DNA of 64,000 nucleotides from Candidatus Poribacteria bacterium (lineage in GTDB: Bacteria; Poribacteria; WGA-4E; PCPOR2b). Location: positions 2,275,928 through 2,339,927 of the forward strand of contig OZ244587.1 of NCBI GenBank assembly GCA_965218095.1, written 5' to 3'. Below, piece after piece: positions 19,887 through 28,273 of the stretch. The notes under the pieces are model-generated. The model searched no databases. It worked only from the letters and a program-made list of their open reading frames with translations, and had not been told where the DNA came from. Positions within the stretch are counted from its first letter, which is position 1, and every line of letters begins with the position of its first letter. Position numbers and translations under genes: made by a program.

Positions 19887-20504
19887 ATGAGGGTTAACAC
19901 GCAAGAAATCATGGACAAAGGCTACATCATCCTCCAGCAAGTGATTCCGCTAGACATACTGGAGGAGTTGCGCCGGAGCTTTGAGGAGTTGGTCCACCGG
20001 GAGTGGCCGGATGGGCTGTCTGATGGGCACCAACAGCCGCGCATCCATGGTTTCCAGAAACATATCAATGAGGTCACGGCTAGCACGGTGGAATTCTGTT
20101 TGCACGAGAACACACTGGATGTGTGCCGTCAACTATTGCGGGCACAGGAATGCGACGCCGTCGAAGCCGTGTTTCGCGCTATCATCAACAAGGACGAAGA
20201 CGGCTTTCGCGAAGGGCTGGCCACACTGCATCCGGGCGCAACCGGACGTTGCGTGTGTTTGATTCATCTGTGCAAGATCGCCCAGCGCGTGCAGCAGGGC
20301 AATGACCGGGAATACAGCCCGCGCTTCAACCCGGAGGAGATCCAGATGCTGTGGAAACGCTTTGCACCTCTTGACGAAGCGCTCCAGGCAGACGAAGAAC
20401 AGTACATACCCGGTTTCCTGGCTCGCAGTCCAAGCCGTTACCGGTTTTACGATTTACCCAAGGATTTTGACATTGACCCGTTCGTTGCCAGTTGGGAAAA
20501 CTGA
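19887..20504 (+). CDS. Hypothetical protein; the first ~60 aa resemble a PhyH N-terminus, the rest is unrecognised
   Basis: MRVNTQEIMDKGYIILQQVIPLDILEELRRSF. No downstream HxD/H dioxygenase motifs. GAGGAGGGG lies before the ATG at 19887. Confidence 0.4.
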   Translation: MRVNTQEIMDKGYIILQQVIPLDILEELRRSFEELVHREWPDGLSDGHQQPRIHGFQKHINEVTASTVEFCLHENTLDVCRQLLRAQECDAVEAVFRAIINKDEDGFREGLATLHPGATGRCVCLIHLCKIAQRVQQGNDREYSPRFNPEEIQMLWKRFAPLDEALQADEEQYIPGFLARSPSRYRFYDLPKDFDIDPFVASWEN

Positions 20505-20519
20505 GATAGGGAGAACATT

Positions 20520-21464
20520 ATGAGTCACTACGACGACGTACGCAACCGAATTCACCGTCAGATGGTACCCTTGCCTATTCTGTATCGCGACGATTATTCG
20601 ATCGACCATGCCGGGCTGGCCAAATATGTCGCCTGGCACATGGAGAACGACACCAGAAATTTTTGTTTGACGTTCACCTACAGCCAGCTCGATTTTATCA
20701 CGCCTCAAGAGATTGTAGACGTGACGCGCACGGTGATGGAGGTCGTGCGCGACGACGCGGTATTCATCCCCTGCACGGGTGGCGGACCATTGCATGTGGC
20801 GATCGAGACGGTGCAGGCATTCGAGAAGATCGGGGCGCCAGCAGCGTTTGTGCATCTGCCGGAACACTGTCTGCAAAACGCCTTTCAGTGCGGTGAGCTC
20901 TACGTGAAATACATCCGCGACGTGGCCAGAGAAACCACAATCCCCCTCCTTGCGGTGGCTCTGGGAATACCCGGGACGACCCCTCGGCAGACCATGTTGC
21001 CCGTGAAGTTCCTCGAAGACCTCTGCGAAGAGGAACAATTCATCGGCATCAAGGACGACATCTACATTCTGGCCAATCGCCTAGAACTGGTGCAAAAATT
21101 ATCCGGACGCGTGGGCATCACCGGCGGTGGTATGTTCACCCACTACATCTTCTTCCACCACTGGCCCAACCAAGGTGAATTCGCCGGGATCTACAATCCC
21201 AAACGTGGCCAGCGCATGTTCGAATTGCTCGACGAAAACAACTACCTGGAAGTCCTCAAGATGATAGAGGAGGACGGACAGAGCGGCTCCTCACTGCCGG
21301 GCATCCACTGGATGGCGAAAAATCAGGTCGTGTTTTACGGGATGGGTTTTGCCGAGACGTATCGCATGCGACCTCCGATTGCCTCGGCCACCGAAGAACA
21401 GGCCAGGGCCATCATTGAATACATGCACCAGGCGCCGACACTTTTTGAGCGTGTCGCCCGATGA
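20520..21464 (+). CDS. Dihydrodipicolinate synthase / N-acetylneuraminate lyase family aldolase
   Basis: Length and N-terminal layout (VPLPILYRDDYSIDHAGLAKYVAWH...) fit the DHDPS/NAL family. The assignment is by overall resemblance only. Confidence 0.5.
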   Translation: MSHYDDVRNRIHRQMVPLPILYRDDYSIDHAGLAKYVAWHMENDTRNFCLTFTYSQLDFITPQEIVDVTRTVMEVVRDDAVFIPCTGGGPLHVAIETVQAFEKIGAPAAFVHLPEHCLQNAFQCGELYVKYIRDVARETTIPLLAVALGIPGTTPRQTMLPVKFLEDLCEEEQFIGIKDDIYILANRLELVQKLSGRVGITGGGMFTHYIFFHHWPNQGEFAGIYNPKRGQRMFELLDENNYLEVLKMIEEDGQSGSSLPGIHWMAKNQVVFYGMGFAETYRMRPPIASATEEQARAIIEYMHQAPTLFERVAR

Positions 21465-21535
21465 ATGGGAACCAGTAAAATACCAGCACGAGGGGCTCAA
21501 TAATCTTCAAATCGCTGGAAACCAACAACGCAGCA

Positions 21536-21880
21536 TTATGCTATTGCTTGCCGAATCGCTTCCCGAAACGCTGCCAGCATGACAGGTTTTTCCACAATGA
21601 CCGTGACGTCTGATGGTTTCTCATGAAGCGGGGTTGCCGTCACCATGATAATTGGGATATCAGGAAACCTCTGCTAGATAGTGGCTGACAATTGTTCGCT
21701 GTCCATTCCGGGCATGTACCTGTCTGTGACCACCGTATCGAACTTCCCCACTTTGAATGTCTCAAATCCGTCACGACCGTTGGTCGTGGTCTCGACCGTA
21801 TGCTTATCGTGGGTTAAGAATGCCGCCATGAGCGCCTGGACGATGGGGTCGTCATTGACAATCAGAAGATGCAGTGAATG
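21536..21880 (-). pseudogene. CheY-like single-domain response regulator with an in-frame TAG and no canonical start
   Basis: Hand translation gives LHLLIVNDDPIVQALMAAFL...FDTVVTDRYMPGMDSEQLSATI*QRFPDIPIIMVTAT...VEKPVMLAAFREAIRQAIA*, with TAG at 21674..21676. A TGA lies 7 codons upstream of LHLLIV and there is no ATG or GTG in between. Confidence 0.65.
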
Positions 21881-22353
21881 GAAAAGGTCTTTCTTTCACT
21901 TGCTTGCCCACGTCAAATCACCTCCGTCTCTCGAATCTTTCTTGAGGAGCGGTCTCAGGGGGCAGACATGCTACATCTATGAGAGGGGCAAGTTTTATAC
22001 CGGAGATGAACTCAGGCAGGCAAGCCGCCGGAAAGGGCATACACAAAGGGAATAGCACAGAGGTGGCAAGCGACCAGTCGGGCGGGACCGTTTGGTTGCA
22101 TAATGCGCTCTACAAGTCGGTACAGGGACGTAATGGATGCACACACCCGGATTTGAGAAGGGTGAAAGCCGTGTATCATTTTGTGTCCACTTATCAACCC
22201 CGGAGTTACATGTCCAAACGGGCAATTCCAATAACGAGACTGCTCGGAGAACCGTCCATGCAGCACGTATTCAGGCTACACATGAATCTATCATAGGCTA
22301 TTGACCGTTTCAAGAAAAACACAAGCTGCTTTGCGACACAAAGCTGCACCAAC

Positions 22354-22389
22354 AAAAAAAGCCCCTTCCATACAAAAATGAAAAGGGCT
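22354..22389 (-). terminator. Rho-independent terminator after tRNA-Glu
   Basis: On the minus strand: AGCCCTTTTC, a 10-nt loop, GGAAGGGGCT, then TTTTTT. A second weaker hairpin follows at about 22310..22350. Confidence 0.6.
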
Positions 22390-22397
22390 AACATGAG

Positions 22398-22472
22398 TGT
22401 CCCCGACGGGATTTGAACCCGTGTCGCTGGCGTGAAAGGCCAGTGTCCTTGACCAGGCTAGACGACGGGGAC
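22398..22472 (-). tRNA. tRNA-Glu (anticodon UUC)
   Basis: GTCCCCGTCGTCTAGCCTGGTCAAGGACACTGGCCTTTCACGCCAGCGACACGGGTTCAAATCCCGTCGGGGACA folds as a cloverleaf with anticodon loop CTTTCAC. CCA is not encoded. Confidence 0.9.
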
Positions 22473-22475
22473 AAG

Positions 22476-22551
22476 TGGTGAGCCGTACAGGAATCGAACC
22501 TGTGACCACCTGATTAAAAGTCAGATGCTCTACCTGCTGAGCTAACGGCCC
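22476..22551 (-). tRNA. tRNA-Lys (anticodon UUU)
   Basis: GGGCCGTTAGCTCAGCAGGTAGAGCATCTGACTTTTAATCAGGTGGTCACAGGTTCGATTCCTGTACGGCTCACCA, with anticodon loop CTTTTAA. CCA is encoded. Confidence 0.9.
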
Positions 22552-22585
22552 TCATGGCTATAAACCTTAACCAAAAAGAGGGTAA

Positions 22586-22614
22586 ATAATACTGAATTTG
22601 TCGGCAAATGTCAA
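22586..22614 (-). promoter_or_regulatory. Promoter of the tRNA-Lys/tRNA-Glu operon: TTGACA, 17-nt spacer, TATTAT
   Basis: Read on the minus strand, about 35 nt upstream of the tRNA-Lys 5' end. Confidence 0.55.
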
Positions 22615-22813
22615 CCTGAAAACATTGAAATTTCCCCACGCATAAGAAATCAGGTCGAAATAACTTTCTGAAGGTTGATGGCGCCGCGTCAATTTTCGGT
22701 CAGACTCGTTGACAAACTTTCTGAAGGTTTCTTACCCTGCTCTAGTTTTACTGAAAACACACATCAACAAAAGACAAAAATTCCATCAACAAAGTCAGCC
22801 CGATCAAAACAGG

Positions 22814-22869
22814 CTATCATCGCAGACTATCATCGCAGACTATCATCGCAGACTATCATCGCAGACTAT
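22814..22869. repeat. 13-nt tandem repeat CTATCATCGCAGA x4.3 at the purA 3' end
   Basis: Four perfect copies at 22814..22865 plus a partial fifth. In the purA sense each unit is TCTGCGATGATAG and carries TGA TAG. Confidence 0.9.
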
Positions 22870-24126
22870 TGTTTGCGCCCTCTCTTTTCCAACAGAGACA
22901 ATCGCAACAGGCACATTGAGAAATTCAGCGATGTAAGCGATATATCGCTTTGCGTTTGTGGGCAGCTCTTCGTATCGACGCACATCTGCGGTAGACTGTT
23001 TCCAGCCGGGCAGCGTTTGGTATATCGGCTCACACTCCTCAAGCACGCGCAGACTACTTGGAAACGCCGTGATGGCTTTACCACGCCGCTGATAGGCAAC
23101 GCAGATCTGAATCTCATCAAGGCGATCTAAGACATCGAATTTCGTCAAAACGAGACCGGTGAAGCCGTTGATTTGGGCAGCGTAGCACAGGGCGACAAGG
23201 TCAAGCCACCCACAGCGGCGTGCGCGTTGTGTTGTTGCACCGTACTCCTCACCGATGCGACGAATCTCTTCATCCAGATCTGGTGGCATTTCTGTTGGGA
23301 ATGGGCCACCCCCAACGCGGGTCACATAAGCTTTTGAAACACCCAGAACCCAATCTATTGCTTGGGGCCCAATACCAAGCCCTGTACACACGGCTCCAAC
23401 AGTGGTGTTGGACGAAGTGACGTAAGGATATGTCCCGAAATCAATGTCTAGCATCGTTCCCTGGGCGCCTTCAAAAAGCATCCGCTTCCCCGCTTTGAGC
23501 GCATCATTTAGAAATTCAGGGGTATCGACGGCATACTTTGCGAGTCGCTGAGAATATCCGTAATATTCCTCCAATAAGGCGTGTCTATCGATTTCGCCGC
23601 CAATTTGATCGAGGACATAATCCTTTGCTGCAAGATTGAAGTCCAGTTTCTTCTGAAAGAGATCGAACTCAAGCAGATCTGCAACCCGTATCCCCGCATG
23701 GCGATTCATCTTATCGGAATACGTCGGACCAATTCCCCGCGAGGTTGTGCCAAGTTTCAACCCACTCCCGAAGTCGTCCCACGATTCCATGATCTTGTGA
23801 TAAGGCAAAATTAAGTGCGCACGCGAGCTAATCTTCAGACGGTCTCCAACTTCGACGCCACGCGCCTGCAAATCATCGATTTCGTCGAAAAGCGTCTCCA
23901 AATTGATGACTACACCGTTGCCAATCACATTCACCGTATGAGGACGGAGCAGGCCAGAAGGGAGCAAATGGAAGACGAACTTCTCCTCTCCGACAACGAT
24001 AGTATGGCCCGCGTTATCGCCTCCCTGATACCGTGCAACAATATTAGCTGTCTCAGCAAGGAAATCAGTTGTCCCTCCCTTGCTTTCATCACCCCACTGG
24101 GCGCCCAATATGACCGTATTCGCCAT
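22843..24126 (-). CDS. purA: Adenylosuccinate synthetase
   Basis: N-terminus ILGAQWGDESKGGTTDFL (P-loop GDEGKG variant) and GTTSRGIGPTY. The last ~7 codons (CDDSLR) are encoded by the 13-nt repeat. Confidence 0.9.
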   Translation of the reverse strand: MANTVILGAQWGDESKGGTTDFLAETANIVARYQGGDNAGHTIVVGEEKFVFHLLPSGLLRPHTVNVIGNGVVINLETLFDEIDDLQARGVEVGDRLKISSRAHLILPYHKIMESWDDFGSGLKLGTTSRGIGPTYSDKMNRHAGIRVADLLEFDLFQKKLDFNLAAKDYVLDQIGGEIDRHALLEEYYGYSQRLAKYAVDTPEFLNDALKAGKRMLFEGAQGTMLDIDFGTYPYVTSSNTTVGAVCTGLGIGPQAIDWVLGVSKAYVTRVGGGPFPTEMPPDLDEEIRRIGEEYGATTQRARRCGWLDLVALCYAAQINGFTGLVLTKFDVLDRLDEIQICVAYQRRGKAITAFPSSLRVLEECEPIYQTLPGWKQSTADVRRYEELPTNAKRYIAYIAEFLNVPVAIVSVGKERAQTIVCDDSLR

Positions 24127-24173
24127 GGCTCATATCCTCAAATGAAGTCCGATCTTCGATCGAGGTTGGCTCT

Positions 24174-24569
24174 CTAACGCTTGGAAAATTGGTATCGTGC
24201 CCGTGCGCCTTTTTGTCCATATTTTTTGCGTTCAACCATACGCGGGTCACGAGTGAGAAACCCTGCTTTTTTAAGAGCAGGTTTCAAAGATTCATCCGCC
24301 TTAACAAGGGCGCGTGAAAGGCCGTGCAAAATTGCTCCAGCTTGCCCTGAAACCCCGCCGCCATGTGCGTTGACGATAACATCAAACTCGCTGCCTTTTT
24401 TCGTTAACTCGGTGGGTTGTTTTGCGAGCATGATCAGATCTTCCCGACCAAAATACTCTTCAATCGGTTTTTTGTTGACGACGAATTGACCAGAGCCTCC
24501 TGGAATTATTCGGACACGCGCAACGGCATTTTTACGCCGTCCTGTTCCCCAATACTGTTCTATAGTCAT
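24174..24569 (-). CDS. rpsI: 30S ribosomal protein S9
   Basis: [12 protein letters not shown]...[10 protein letters not shown]...[25 protein letters not shown]. Canonical KR C-terminus followed by TAG. Confidence 0.95.
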   Translation of the reverse strand: MTIEQYWGTGRRKNAVARVRIIPGGSGQFVVNKKPIEEYFGREDLIMLAKQPTELTKKGSEFDVIVNAHGGGVSGQAGAILHGLSRALVKADESLKPALKKAGFLTRDPRMVERKKYGQKGARARYQFSKR

Positions 24570-24586
24570 ACTTTCTCCTTTTGAAA

Positions 24587-25012
24587 TTATATTTCCAAAA
24601 TTTCCGGTCGCTGCGCCTGGTGAGGGTGGTTTGGACCAACATAGATTTTTAGCTTTTTGATCAGTTTACGACCCAGGCGATTTTTGGGGAGCATCCCTTT
24701 GACTGCATGTCGCAAGATTTCTTCAGGTTTTCTCTGCATCTGCTCTTCAAAAGTCCTCACCTTCCCCCCACCGGGGTAACCGCTATAACGAAAGTATGTT
24801 TTTTGTGTTGCTTTGTTGCCTGTGACGACGACCTTTTCCGCATTAATCACAGCAACGCGATAACCCATATCAGCATGTGAAGTAAAAGTTGGGTGATGTT
24901 TCCCTCGAAGCACCATCGCAATTTGAGTGGCTAAACGTCCGAGGACCTTCCCATTGGCATCCACAACATACCATTTGAAGTCCCTATCGGATCCGACAAA
25001 AGATGTTTTCAT
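24587..25012 (-). CDS. rplM: 50S ribosomal protein L13
   Basis: [43 protein letters not shown]. Start moved from 25123 to the ATG at 25012 (142 aa, the usual L13 length). Confidence 0.9.
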   Translation of the reverse strand: MKTSFVGSDRDFKWYVVDANGKVLGRLATQIAMVLRGKHHPTFTSHADMGYRVAVINAEKVVVTGNKATQKTYFRYSGYPGGGKVRTFEEQMQRKPEEILRHAVKGMLPKNRLGRKLIKKLKIYVGPNHPHQAQRPEILEI

Positions 25013-25162
25013 TCTAAGCATGATATAACCCTCAACAACTTCCTGCCACATCGTGGCGGGGGATTTTCGACAAGTAACTATAATCTCAGGATTGCTCATC
25101 CTGCAATGGCAGATGTGCAACAAAGATTGCTATAACGCTGACACCAGGCACAACAGCTTGAA

Positions 25163-25192
25163 ATAGTATCATTAAGGCAATTACTTTGTCAA
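25163..25192 (-). promoter_or_regulatory. Promoter candidate for rplM-rpsI: TTGACA, 18-nt spacer, TACTAT
   Basis: Read on the minus strand, about 150 nt upstream of the rplM start. Confidence 0.4.
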
Positions 25193-25263
25193 GGTTTGAT
25201 TCCTTACAAATTCAAAAAAGTATTCATTTACCCCCAGTTTTTCAAGAGTAGAGATTTGACGGG

Positions 25264-26517
25264 TTTTGAGCGGTTAGGGTTGTGAGAATGGTTGTCGTTA
25301 AGCATGTTGAAGGGTATCTCCCCGACACAGGGGAAGGGTGAAAAAGGGACTCAGACACCATTCCACCCACGCATCAGCAACCACGCGCTTAATCACCGTA
25401 ATCAGCGAATAAGTCTTTGTCTTTGTGTTGAATGCTTTTGCCCATCGGTGGCCGGATTTTTGATAGATGATAAACAGCAACCCATAACTCAGACAAGCCA
25501 ACAGCCATAACAGATTGATGCGGGATTTCGTCGGTTTGTTGAGAATCAGACTGCCAAAGCCAAAGCCGGTTTTGATGTCCCGAAATCCGTGTTCAATCTG
25601 CATTCTTCGCTTATAGCAGCGGTGGATTTGACTCCCTGTCAAATGACTTGAAATCAGATACATCGGCTCAGCAAATCGTGCATCTCTCACTACATACAGA
25701 TTCAGTCGAATCTGTTCCGTTTGGTGATAGAGAATCTGTGGATAGAACCCGGTTGCCTTCAACTGTTCTATCTTTTTGACAGTTCCCCAAACGGTAATGC
25801 GAACATTGCGACAGACGCGCATTATAAACGGAATCTGTTGTGCTTTGAGAAACTTTATCACACATCTACCACGGGCGAACCCCCGATCAAATATCAACAC
25901 CGGATCACACGTGGGAGGCAAAGCCGCTTGGGTCTTTTGATAGAGCGTGACACAAAAGCGTTGGATAATCTCATTATGGCTTTTATATGTCATACCCTGA
26001 ATCTCAGCGTCACTATAGATGTGCCAGTAGATTAAGTATACCCCGGCGGCGAAATGGCACGGCGGCGACAATCGCTTTGAAATTGCCAAGCACTTGCGTT
26101 TCATCAACCAAAATCAAACGACGAGTGGTGTTGGGTTGACAGACGCGCCTCAGCACGAAAAACAACCAACAGCGCATCACCGCACCTATTGGAAAGGGAC
26201 GTGCCAAGAATCGAAGCAGCCGTTTCTGTTTCGTCTTTTGACTCTTGACTGCTACCGGCAATCGTGAGGCAATTTCATTGAGACGAAAGGTCTTAGCCAA
26301 TGCAATGGCTAAGGTCGTAAGTATCAGGTTTTTTAACGCTGGTTTTTTCAAAACGGGGTTGAAAATCTCGGTGATAGTGGTTATCATGGGTATGGGATTC
26401 ACCCGCTTTTGGGGGGGTGTTTTCATAATACCTCCTTGCTTTAAACAGTCGGTGTTTTAGGTAAGGAGGTATTTTACCATATCTGACAAGCCTTTCTCAC
26501 ACTTATCGCTCACAAAA
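25264..26517 (-). mobile_element. IS4-family-like insertion sequence (ends approximate)
   Basis: The ends share an imperfect inverted repeat of about 40 nt. The best core is GTTGTGAGAATGG at 25279..25291 against the reverse complement of CCTTTCTCACAC at 26491..26502. It encloses the DDE transposase reading frames. No clear target duplication was found. Confidence 0.5.
25298..26426 (-). pseudogene. IS4-family DDE transposase, split by one frameshift
   Basis: ORF 26013..26426 (..LILVDETQVLG..AVPFRRRGI) and ORF 25298..26107 (..LIYWHIYSDAE..IFDRGFARG..YKRRMQIEHGFRDIK) join as one DDE protein if 1 nt is removed near 26035..26045. D, D and E with the YxxRxxIExxFxxxK signature are all present. Confidence 0.7.
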
Positions 26518-26808
26518 ACAATGAGCATATACTCTTAGAAAAAACTGAGGGTAGGCGAACAAAAAAGTAGGCTTGACAAAAAGTCGTATATCGTTTAGAA
26601 TGAAAACACGTAGAAAATAGGGGGCCTGCGTTTTCCAAAACAACCGGCTTGGCGCCGATTGACGAAGAGATCTCGGTAACAAGACGACAATTTGTGACCT
26701 TTTGAGTATAATCCCAATCATTCGTGTGATTTTGTCACTCCGGAACCACCGATTGACATGGTTCACGGAAGCGTGATAATAACCCTTAACACTTCAGGAG
26801 TAAAACTC

Positions 26809-27153
26809 ATGGATATTAACATTGATCGCAAAGACGACGTTATCGTCGTGAAACTTGGTGGAAGAATCATTGGAACTGCGGGCGGCGACCTCAGACGGGC
26901 GATTGACGAGGAACTGGCTAATGTCTCTGGAACGCCCAAATTTCTGTTTGACTTCGCTGATGTGTCGCGCATGGATAGTTCTGGACTCGGAACGCTGGTG
27001 GGATTGCACGTATCCATTACGCGAAAGGACGGACGGATCGGTGTCATCAACGTTGGTACAAGCATCAACAATCTTCTTGTCATGGGGAGGTTGATCACCA
27101 TCTTTGAACATTTCGATAGCGAGGATGAAGCTATTGCTGCGTTGACAGAATAG
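26809..27153 (+). CDS. STAS-domain anti-sigma-factor antagonist (SpoIIAA-like)
   Basis: MDINIDRKDDVIVVKLGGRI...FDFADVSRMDSSGLGTLVGL, with the conserved phospho-Ser context DSSGLG. AGGAG lies before the ATG at 26809. Confidence 0.75.
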   Translation: MDINIDRKDDVIVVKLGGRIIGTAGGDLRRAIDEELANVSGTPKFLFDFADVSRMDSSGLGTLVGLHVSITRKDGRIGVINVGTSINNLLVMGRLITIFEHFDSEDEAIAALTE

Positions 27154-28084
27154 CAAGTCGTACCATTCTTTCTCTATTGGAAGTGCGGTATGACTTTTTT
27201 ACAGCAGTCTTCGTCATTTCTGAGGAAATGAAAGGAAACGCATTTCCTAATTTTTGTGTTAGGTTCTGTTGACATTTCAAGGGAGCCATATTAAGAGTGG
27301 AGACAAAGCTGAGAAATCCAAAATAACGGACAGCTAGCTTCTCAAACCGAGAGAAGATACGACGATACCATTTTATCTTGTTGATGAAACATTCAACCCG
27401 ATGTCTCTCTTTGTATAAGTGTTTGTCATACGTTCTTTGGTCAACACGATGACTTTTTGGCGGTATCACCGCAATTGCTCCATTCGCCTCAATAACCGCG
27501 ATAAAAGCGTCCGAATCGTACCCCTTGTCTCCAATCACATATTCACTGTTATATCCGATTATCAACCCTTCCGCCTCAGTTATGTCATGTCTCTGACCGG
27601 GTGTCAGATGAATTCTTAGGGGATTGCCTAGTCCGTCAACTGTGATGTGAATTTTTGTACTGGAACCGCCCCGAGAGCAACCTAATGCTTGGTTTTCAGT
27701 GCCACCCTTTTTTTTAAGGCGCCAGCTTTTTAAGGCGCCCGCCGCAGACGGGTGAGCGCGGCAGATGGTACTGTCCACAATAAGCGACTCGATATCGGGG
27801 TCAGAGGCGAAGTGGTGGTGCATCTGTGTGAAGATACCTTTGTCGCACCATCGAGCAAACCGCTTGTAGCGGGTGTTCGATTTGCCATAGGTGTCTGGTA
27901 GAAGTCTCCATTGAGCCCCACTACGAGTCACCCACAGAACTGCTTCGACGAAGCGGCGTGTAGCAGCTTCGTCGCCAACATAGATGGTGGGACAACTAAG
28001 AAGAAACCGGTATATCTTATTCCATTGTTCATCAGGTAAGGTTATTGGCGTCATTCTTCTATTATGCCACAACCTTATACTCAA
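27131..28084 (-). CDS. IS5-family transposase, single fused ORF (orfA-orfB fusion) that reads out through the IS end
   Basis: 317 aa. A 17-nt insertion at about 27716..27732 relative to copy C joins orfA and orfB (..[17 protein letters not shown]..). A 1-nt insertion near the 3' end removes the stop, so the ORF runs through the IR and overlaps the STAS gene by 23 nt. Confidence 0.7.
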   Translation of the reverse strand: MSIRLWHNRRMTPITLPDEQWNKIYRFLLSCPTIYVGDEAATRRFVEAVLWVTRSGAQWRLLPDTYGKSNTRYKRFARWCDKGIFTQMHHHFASDPDIESLIVDSTICRAHPSAAGALKSWRLKKKGGTENQALGCSRGGSSTKIHITVDGLGNPLRIHLTPGQRHDITEAEGLIIGYNSEYVIGDKGYDSDAFIAVIEANGAIAVIPPKSHRVDQRTYDKHLYKERHRVECFINKIKWYRRIFSRFEKLAVRYFGFLSFVSTLNMAPLKCQQNLTQKLGNAFPFISSEMTKTAVKKSYRTSNRERMVRLAILSTQQ

Positions 28085-28100
28085 ATGTCAACAGAACCTA
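27260..28100 (-). mobile_element. IS5-family element, copy A (841 bp)
   Basis: Terminal inverted repeats GGTTCTGTTGACATTT / AAATGTCAACAGAACC, each flanked by TA. Near-identical to copy C (59972..60794). Confidence 0.85.
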
Positions 28101-28125
28101 GTCAAAATGCAAAATGATGGTATAT

Positions 28126-28186
28126 ACGTGAGCGGTAAGTGGTGATTTGGCGCTAATACCACTCACTACTTGACCACTCACCAGTC
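28126..28186. repeat. Inverted pair of heptamer arrays downstream of the ATP-grasp gene
   Basis: ACGTGAG CGGTAAG TGGTGAT ... CCACTCA CTACTTG ACCACTC. The two halves are roughly complementary. Confidence 0.4.
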
Positions 28187-28273
28187 CAAGGGCGTGTTTC
28201 AACAGGTCCATATTATCATGCTGATCAATACAGCATTTCCTCAGTTTCCTGTTTATCGTAATAACGCGATTGT

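Noticed and set aside
21881-22353. RNase P RNA or tmRNA next to the tRNA genes (GGGTGAAAG-like and AGATGAAC-like strings on the + strand).
   Set aside because: The universally conserved GGAAAGTCCGG and ACAGAACCCGGCTTA P4 strands are absent. The motif order is wrong for RNase P. There is no tRNA-like 3' end or tag ORF for tmRNA.
22814-22869. CRISPR array.
   Set aside because: The units are 13 nt and directly abutting with no spacers. The heptamer arrays likewise have no spacers. No cas genes are present in the window.
24174-24176. Possibility that TAG is a sense codon in this organism, prompted by three in-frame TAGs in conserved domains.
   Set aside because: rpsI ends with its universal ..KR followed by TAG. 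gdhA, the BNR gene, one PhyH gene and the RraA-like gene also end at TAG at the expected protein lengths. TAG is therefore a normal terminator and the internal TAGs are best read as nonsense mutations.
26503-26766. 87-aa minus-strand ORF between the IS4-like end and the STAS gene.
   Set aside because: It has no Shine-Dalgarno and a low-complexity translation, and it overlaps the likely promoter and leader of the STAS gene.
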